Shown one piece after another: positions 58,006-64,000 of a DNA stretch of 64,000 nucleotides. The DNA comes from Microgenomates group bacterium. Its GTDB lineage: Bacteria > Patescibacteriota > Microgenomatia > UBA1400 > MFAQ01. The stretch is taken from positions 380,541 through 444,540 of the forward strand of contig JBAQNH010000002.1 of assembly GCA_049303575.1 (NCBI GenBank). The letters run 5' to 3'. How positions within the stretch are numbered: the first letter of the stretch is position 1; every line of letters begins with the position of its first letter. A program made the position numbers and the translations under genes. A model generated the notes under the pieces. The model ran no database searches, was not told where the DNA came from, and saw only the letters and a program-made list of their open reading frames with translations.

Positions 58006-59109
58006 ATGAAATACCCCCTCTTTTCTTCCGAGTCGGTTTGTGCCGGCCACCCCGACAAGATCTGTGATCAGATCTCTGATGCCGTATTAGATGCCGCTCT
58101 AAAGGTCGACCCTCATTCTCGAGTGGCCTGTGAGACACTGGTTACGACAAATAAGTTGGTTCTTGCCGGAGAGATTACTTGTTCCGAATCTCTTGATTAC
58201 AAATCCATTGCTCGTAAAGTAGTTAATGATCTTGGTTTTACCAAAGACATCTATCATTTTGGCCCCAAAACCGATATCGAAGTCTACATCCACGAACAGT
58301 CCAAAGACATTGCGGTGGGTGTTGACGATGGTGGAGCAGGAGATCAAGGTATGATGTTTGGCTATGCCACCAACGAAACTCCCGAGTTTATGCCCCTACC
58401 TATCACTCTTGCTCACGAACTAGTCAAAATAATGGACAATCTGGCCATAAAAGATCTACCTTACCTACGTCCAGATGGAAAATCACAGGTCACTGTTCAT
58501 TATGAAAATGGCCGACCTGTTTCCATCAAAAAAATTGTCCTTGCCAAACCCCATGAACCAAAAATTGACAAAGAAGAAGTAAAAAGGGAATTATTAAACC
58601 AAGCCATTTTTCCTTTACTGGAAAAATATCATCTGCCTAAAGTTTTAGAAAAAGATATCATCTTCAACGGTACTGGAGTTTGGGAGATTGGTGGACCTGC
58701 CTCGGACACCGGTGTCACTGGTAGAAAAATTGTTGTTGATACCTACGGCGGCATGGGCAGGATTGGTGGTGGATGTTTTTCAGGAAAAGATCCAAGTAAA
58801 GTAGACAGATCAGCTGCTTATGCAGCCCGTTTCCTAGCCAAAAACATTGTGGCACAGGGTTTAGCCAACCGTTGTGAAGTTCAACTTGCTTATGCAATTG
58901 GCACCAAATATCCCGTCGGTAAAGCCATAGAAACTTTTGGCACAGCCCAAAAAGATCAGAAGATAATTGAAAACTACGCCTGGGGTTTATTGGATCTTTC
59001 TGTTGGTGGAATCATCAAGGCACTCAATCTTCTGCAGCCAATCTATCAAAGTACAGCTTGTTACGGTCATTTCGGTCATCTGGAATACCCCTGGGAGAAA
59101 CTAGTCTAG
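58006..59109 (+). CDS. metK: S-adenosylmethionine synthetase
   Basis: 'SESVCAGHPDKICDQISDAVLDA', 'GGGCFSGKDPSKVDRSAAYAAR'. 367 aa. Confidence 0.85.
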   Translation: MKYPLFSSESVCAGHPDKICDQISDAVLDAALKVDPHSRVACETLVTTNKLVLAGEITCSESLDYKSIARKVVNDLGFTKDIYHFGPKTDIEVYIHEQSKDIAVGVDDGGAGDQGMMFGYATNETPEFMPLPITLAHELVKIMDNLAIKDLPYLRPDGKSQVTVHYENGRPVSIKKIVLAKPHEPKIDKEEVKRELLNQAIFPLLEKYHLPKVLEKDIIFNGTGVWEIGGPASDTGVTGRKIVVDTYGGMGRIGGGCFSGKDPSKVDRSAAYAARFLAKNIVAQGLANRCEVQLAYAIGTKYPVGKAIETFGTAQKDQKIIENYAWGLLDLSVGGIIKALNLLQPIYQSTACYGHFGHLEYPWEKLV

Positions 59110-59130
59110 CCTCCATGATAAACTACAGTA

Positions 59131-59799
59131 GTGAAAACACTTGTTATTATTCCTGTTTATAACGAAAATTTTCGTGCTGTAGACACGATCAATAAGGTAC
59201 TAAAAAACACAAAAAATGATTTAATCGTCGTTGATGATGGTTCAAATGACGATACCTGGAAAATATTGAACAGAAACTTTAAAGACAATGAAAGAATTAC
59301 ACTTTTGTCACATGTAATAAATCTTGGAAAGGGTGCGGCTATGAGGACTGGGGTGCTAATGGCATGGAAAATGAAAGGCGACACCGTCATTTTTATCGAC
59401 GCAGACGGTCAACACAATCCAAAACATTTAAAAAAATTTGAAAAAGAACTGAAAAAAAATGATATTGTCTTCGGATTTAGGAAGCTTAACGGAGATATGC
59501 CCTTTGTAAGAAGGTGGGGAAACATCATCGCCAAAAGTATACTAAAACTTTTTTTTAACATAAAAAGAAAAGAATTTTTATGTGGTTTCCTAGGGTTCAA
59601 CAAATCCATTTATAAACAAATAAAATGGAGATCTACGAGATATGGAGTTGAGACCGAGATTGCTACTAGGGTTGGAAAAAACGGATTAAACTTTTCGGAA
59701 GTTGAAATTGACACAATATACATTGATAAATACAAGGGCGTGTCCATTTTTGATGCTATAAAGATATTGTTTCAGATTCCTGGATGGTACTATAATTGA
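59131..59799 (+). CDS. GT2 glycosyltransferase (Dpm1-like)
   Basis: GTG start. 'LVIIPVYNENFRAV...LIVVDDGSNDDT'. Confidence 0.65.
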   Translation: MKTLVIIPVYNENFRAVDTINKVLKNTKNDLIVVDDGSNDDTWKILNRNFKDNERITLLSHVINLGKGAAMRTGVLMAWKMKGDTVIFIDADGQHNPKHLKKFEKELKKNDIVFGFRKLNGDMPFVRRWGNIIAKSILKLFFNIKRKEFLCGFLGFNKSIYKQIKWRSTRYGVETEIATRVGKNGLNFSEVEIDTIYIDKYKGVSIFDAIKILFQIPGWYYN

Positions 59800-59803
59800 A
59801 ACC

Positions 59804-60661
59804 ATGTACAAAATTGGAATCATTGGCTACGGAGTCGTTGGAAAAGGTATCCATCGGTTGTTCAAAAATGAAGTTACTGCAATTTTTGACCCATTTATAA
59901 ATGAAGACGGGAAAAGCTTTGCTACAAATATTGGTGGACAAGAATACGATTTTACAAATAAGAAAGGTTTCAAAGGTTTGGATCTGGCTGTAATTAGTGT
60001 TCCCACGAACGAAACATCCACAGGAAAAGCAGACACAAGCCTAGTAAGAGACACACTCAGTTGGCTTTCAAAAGAAATCAATTTCAAGGGGGTTATATTG
60101 GTTAAATCCACCATGCCTCCAAGTGAGATGGCTGAGTTAGGAAAAAAATTTAAGAGATTTGTCTTTAGCCCGGAATATATGGGAGAATCAAAATATTTCA
60201 CTCCTGCATGGAAATATCCTGATCCATTAAACATGGAGGCTCACACCTGGCAGGTCTTTGGTGGAGAAAAACGTGATACTTCTTTCTGCATAGATATTTT
60301 TAAAAGAAGAATGGGTGTCGATACTGTCTTTTTCCAAGTCGATCTAATGACCGCGGTTCTCACAAAATATATGGAGAATAGCTTTTTTGCGATGAAGGTG
60401 ACCTTCTGTAACGAGTGGTTCGAAATTGCCAAAACGTTTGGAGTTGATTACAATGAGTTAAGAGAGTGCTGGCTGGCAGATCCCAGAATTAACCGAAACC
60501 ACACCCTAGTGTTCCCCGAAAGTCGTGGCTATGGGGGTAAATGTTTTCCCAAAGACACAAAGGCGATTATTTTTGACGTCGAAAAGGAAGGTTACGAACC
60601 AAAGCTCATGAAAGCCATGGATAAGACAAATAAGGTCTTTAGGAAAGCAAACGACAAATAA
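59804..60661 (+). CDS. UDP-glucose/GDP-mannose dehydrogenase family protein lacking the C-terminal UDP-binding domain
   Basis: Rossmann 'KIGIIGYGVVGKG'. 'GGKCFPKDTKAI' is like the catalytic-Cys GGSCFPKD block. Only 285 aa. Confidence 0.5.
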   Translation: MYKIGIIGYGVVGKGIHRLFKNEVTAIFDPFINEDGKSFATNIGGQEYDFTNKKGFKGLDLAVISVPTNETSTGKADTSLVRDTLSWLSKEINFKGVILVKSTMPPSEMAELGKKFKRFVFSPEYMGESKYFTPAWKYPDPLNMEAHTWQVFGGEKRDTSFCIDIFKRRMGVDTVFFQVDLMTAVLTKYMENSFFAMKVTFCNEWFEIAKTFGVDYNELRECWLADPRINRNHTLVFPESRGYGGKCFPKDTKAIIFDVEKEGYEPKLMKAMDKTNKVFRKANDK

Positions 60662-60678
60662 TAAGTTAAAATATATAT

Positions 60679-61026
60679 ATGTCCATCATCGGTGTTCAGC
60701 TTTTAGTATTTTTATTTTGTTTTTTAATGCTCTACAACGTCTTTTTATATTGGAAAAAAAATGAGATAGGGCTAAAAGGTGCAATGGTTTGGGTAATAAT
60801 CTGGGGAGGGTTACTTTTTATTACTTTTTTCCCCAAATACATGGAACCTTTTGTAAGAGAATTGTTTTTTGTCAGACTATTTGACCTAGTTACCTTTGTC
60901 GCCTTAGCCATCATCTCTTATGTCATGTTTCAGAATCATGTGAGAACAAATAGACTCTTAAAAGAAGTTGAAATTCTAGTTAGAAAAATGGCGGTTAAGG
61001 AAGTTTCCAAAAAGAAGATAAAATGA
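60679..61026 (+). CDS. Small 3-TM membrane protein, hypothetical
   Basis: 115 aa. Lies between the dehydrogenase-like gene and the GT4 gene. Confidence 0.35.
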   Translation: MSIIGVQLLVFLFCFLMLYNVFLYWKKNEIGLKGAMVWVIIWGGLLFITFFPKYMEPFVRELFFVRLFDLVTFVALAIISYVMFQNHVRTNRLLKEVEILVRKMAVKEVSKKKIK

Positions 61027-62171
61027 AATTCAAAGGCAAAATACTGGTATTTTGCCCATACTACCCACCTCATGTAGGGGGTCTAGAAAGCCACGCAGAT
61101 GAGTTCAACAAACACCTTTCGGAGAGAGGTTGTGAAATCACAGTCTTCACACCCAGATTACCTTCAAGTGCTCCAGAACAAGAACTTAGATATAAAAACG
61201 TCAATATAGTCAGATTTCCGGCTTTTGAGATCATCCCTAACTGGTTTTTACCCAAATTTTGGCAAAAAAAATACAAAAAATTAGTAAATGATATATATCA
61301 GAAAGAATTTGACATTATCATTTCAAGAACAAGGTTTTTTTTCACCTCCATAATGGCACTCTCTTACGCCAGAAAAAGAAAAATCAAATGGATGCATATA
61401 GAACACGGATCTGATTTTGTTCAACTATCAAACAGTCTTCATTCATTAATTGCCAAACTTTTTGATTACACTCTTGGAAGACAAATCCTAAAAAAAGCTA
61501 GCGTCGTGGTTGCTAACTCCAAAGCTTCTGCCGTCTTTTGTAAAAAGATATATAGGAAAAGAAACTATCAAGTTATTTATCGCGGTATTGAAGTAGATGA
61601 AATTGAACATATACCACCCAGCAAAGATATTGTTAATAAATACAAAGGTATTTTGAAAATCATATTTACTGGTAGATTAATTGATGGAAAAGGTGTCGGT
61701 GATTTAGTAAATGCAGTGTCAAAATTAAGAATAAAAAACTGGATACTATTTATAATTGGCATTGGTCCCCAAATAAATAATTTGGAGACTCAGACAAAAG
61801 AACTAAAAATATCAGATAAGGTAATATTCTTTGGTCAAAATAATAAAAGGGAATTAATTGGAACACTAAAGGCAAGTGACATTCTGGTTAATCCGAGCTA
61901 CACAGAAGGCTTACCAACTAGCGTTATCGAGGCGGCAATTTGTGAAAAGCCAATAATCGCAACCAATGTTGGTGGCACTAAAGAAATTATTGGTGACAAC
62001 TCAGGAATTCTGATACCCGCTAGAAATCCATCCATATTGGCTGAAAAGATAGAATATTTATCAAAAAACCAAGACCTAAGAATCAAGATGGGGCACCAAG
62101 CAAAAATTGAAATACAAAACAAATTTAACTGGGACAATTCAATAGACAAATATATTGCCTTACTAAAATAA
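61023..62171 (+). CDS. GT4 glycosyltransferase
   Basis: 'EGLPTSVIEAAICEKPIIATNVGG'. Confidence 0.7.
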   Translation: MKFKGKILVFCPYYPPHVGGLESHADEFNKHLSERGCEITVFTPRLPSSAPEQELRYKNVNIVRFPAFEIIPNWFLPKFWQKKYKKLVNDIYQKEFDIIISRTRFFFTSIMALSYARKRKIKWMHIEHGSDFVQLSNSLHSLIAKLFDYTLGRQILKKASVVVANSKASAVFCKKIYRKRNYQVIYRGIEVDEIEHIPPSKDIVNKYKGILKIIFTGRLIDGKGVGDLVNAVSKLRIKNWILFIIGIGPQINNLETQTKELKISDKVIFFGQNNKRELIGTLKASDILVNPSYTEGLPTSVIEAAICEKPIIATNVGGTKEIIGDNSGILIPARNPSILAEKIEYLSKNQDLRIKMGHQAKIEIQNKFNWDNSIDKYIALLK

Positions 62172-62173
62172 AT

Positions 62174-64000
62174 GATTGAAATACTAAAAGGAATACTCGG
62201 TATATTTCTTCTAATCGGCGCAACCGACATGATTGGTCGCTTATTTTGGAAAAGAGAAGATGGCTTGCCCGGAAGATGGCTATCTTGGTTGGTATCTTTC
62301 TTCACCATCATTACCCCCATCTTTTATATTCTTAATCTACTTAAACTAGAAATAAATTATTATTCAGCAATCGGAATTTTAATAACTATTTGGTTGGGTA
62401 CTGGGCTAATTTCAAAAAAGAAATTACTTGAATTTGGCAAACAAAAGATCAAAGCAATATTCTTTTGGCTCCTTGCCTATCTTGCTCTACATCTTATTTT
62501 TTACTCAATATATTTCACAATTCCGGAATGGGATAGTTATGGCAACATATCCAGTGTAAGAGATAATTTAGTTAGTGGTTTTATAGTCTCAAGCTACAGA
62601 CCACTATTCAGTGCCTCCATGACAATTTTCTCACTAGTTTCTTCTGTCGACCCCTACATTTTATTTCCAATCGTATTGATCGTTGCTCAATCTAGTTTAC
62701 TATTTTCTGTTTATCTTTTTACTAAAGACAATAAAGATAAATTCCTAAGAGGTTTAATACTTGTAAGCACCCTCGCTGTACCCGTAATCAATATGGAAAT
62801 TGATATTCCTAGAGCTCAAAGCGTGCTTATGGTTTTTATTCCAATATTTTTTTATTACCTAAAAGTATATTTTTCCGAGAAAAAAGATTTTCGTTATTTA
62901 ATAGTGGTTTTTTGGATTTCCATAGTGGGTCTAATGTATCACGAATTATTTGCAGTTTTAGTACTTGTTGCCTTTTGTTCCGCAGCAAAAATCATAATTA
63001 AATTATGGATTAACGGAGGCAAAAAAGACAAGATAATAATTACTTTGATTTGTTTTGTTACATTTTTGTTGGGATGGATTGCATACGATCATTTATTTAC
63101 TATTAGTTATGCGTTTGGCCTTGCAAATAATGTCATCAACAATTTGATACACAATTTTAGTTGGAAATGGTGGTTTTTGAGTACTGATCTTTCTGCAGAT
63201 AATATGTCCGTAGCTTGGATTGGTTGGAAATCAATCGCAATGTATTATGGTTACTATTTATCACCAATTATCTTTGGTTGGATAATATTGCATATTTTTT
63301 CAATTTTTATACATCGTAAATTATCAAAAATTCATATATGGTTATTATTTACTGGAATATTGTATTTTGCTTTAACAGAAATTCTTCCCAGAATGAACAT
63401 TGGCATATTGCCGGAAAGGTCTTGGATATTTTTCGATATTATTGTCTTGCTTTTTACCGCCAGTTTCCTAAAAAATATTAAACACTCATATTTAATAAAA
63501 GCGTTTATTGTTTTTCTAATTATTGTTTCAATGTATGGTAGTTTCGTCGTAGCCATGGGAAAAAAATCCCTGACATCATCAGAGGAAATGAAAGCAGCCG
63601 TGTGGATAAAAAACAATACTCCAAAAGAATCTATATTTCTAAGTCAACAAGCAAACAATCAAATAGTTAGATTTTTTGGAGAAAGAAATATGTTATCCCC
63701 AAACAAAGAATTCTTTTTGTCAGAAAAACTAATTGAACAGAGTGAGGTAAATATTTGTGAATCGGATATCATTTCAACAGAAATCAATAAAACAAAAAAT
63801 CTGTTATTGAATTTTGATATTTTGAATGGAAATACAAACAATCTCGCTGTATTTGTAAATGAAACAAGAGAAAAAATTAAAAAATTTAAAACTATTTGTT
63901 ACCCAGTAGTAACTTTTTCTCACTCCCCTTTATATGTAATGTATTCATCGGTCAAATTAGAAGGGCTATACTCCACCCGAGAATGGTGGCGAGAAGTAAA
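62174..64000 (+). CDS. Polytopic membrane protein (partial, runs off the window end), putative GT-C-like
   Basis: The ORF opens at the ATG at 62174 and continues to the window end with no stop. Many TMs. It is absent from the ORF track only because it is incomplete. Confidence 0.45.

Noticed and set aside
1-64000. CRISPR arrays, tRNA/rRNA genes, transposases or integrases
   Set aside because: No direct-repeat/spacer periodicity and no transposase or integrase-like ORFs were recognised. Intergenic gaps are short (under 150 bp) and lack a recognisable tRNA cloverleaf.
1-64000. Recoded genetic code (UGA=Gly, as in some CPR lineages)
   Set aside because: Well-supported genes terminate at TGA (for example ftsX, tsaB and the 57892 gene), so the standard bacterial code fits.

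Overview
AT-rich, gene-dense bacterial segment with near-universal plus-strand coding, frequent ATGA/4-bp start-stop overlaps and small compact proteins. The gene content suggests a Candidate Phyla Radiation/Patescibacteria-like organism with a Gram-positive-type envelope; this is inference. The standard genetic code applies, since TGA is used as a stop.

The 5' third (1-17.7 kb) carries cell-envelope and housekeeping genes. These are ftsX with an EnvC-like coiled-coil M23 protein whose M23 motifs appear circularly permuted, tsaE with a half-length tsaB, a 1538-aa LPXTG-anchored adhesin with its own near-consensus promoter, and a sortase. They also include a CAP-domain protein, an rmlA-rmlB-rmlD-like dTDP-sugar operon without rmlC, a membrane-anchored SagB-type dehydrogenase, and trmD.

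From about 18 kb to the window end lies an approximately 46-kb surface-glycosylation island. It is interrupted only by orn and metK. By count it holds about 11 GT2 genes (at least 4 of them Dpm1-like polyprenyl-phosphate-sugar synthases), 3 GT4 genes, an oligosaccharide flippase and many polytopic GT-C-like membrane proteins. Nine ArnT/PMT-like paralogs carry a loop-1 DE motif, and six of them form an uninterrupted tandem array at 44.9-54.9 kb.

Secreted Thr/Pro-rich proteins encoded in the same window are plausible O-glycosylation substrates. The metK leader contains S-box-like motifs consistent with a compact SAM riboswitch. No rRNA, tRNA, CRISPR, transposase or integrase was recognised.
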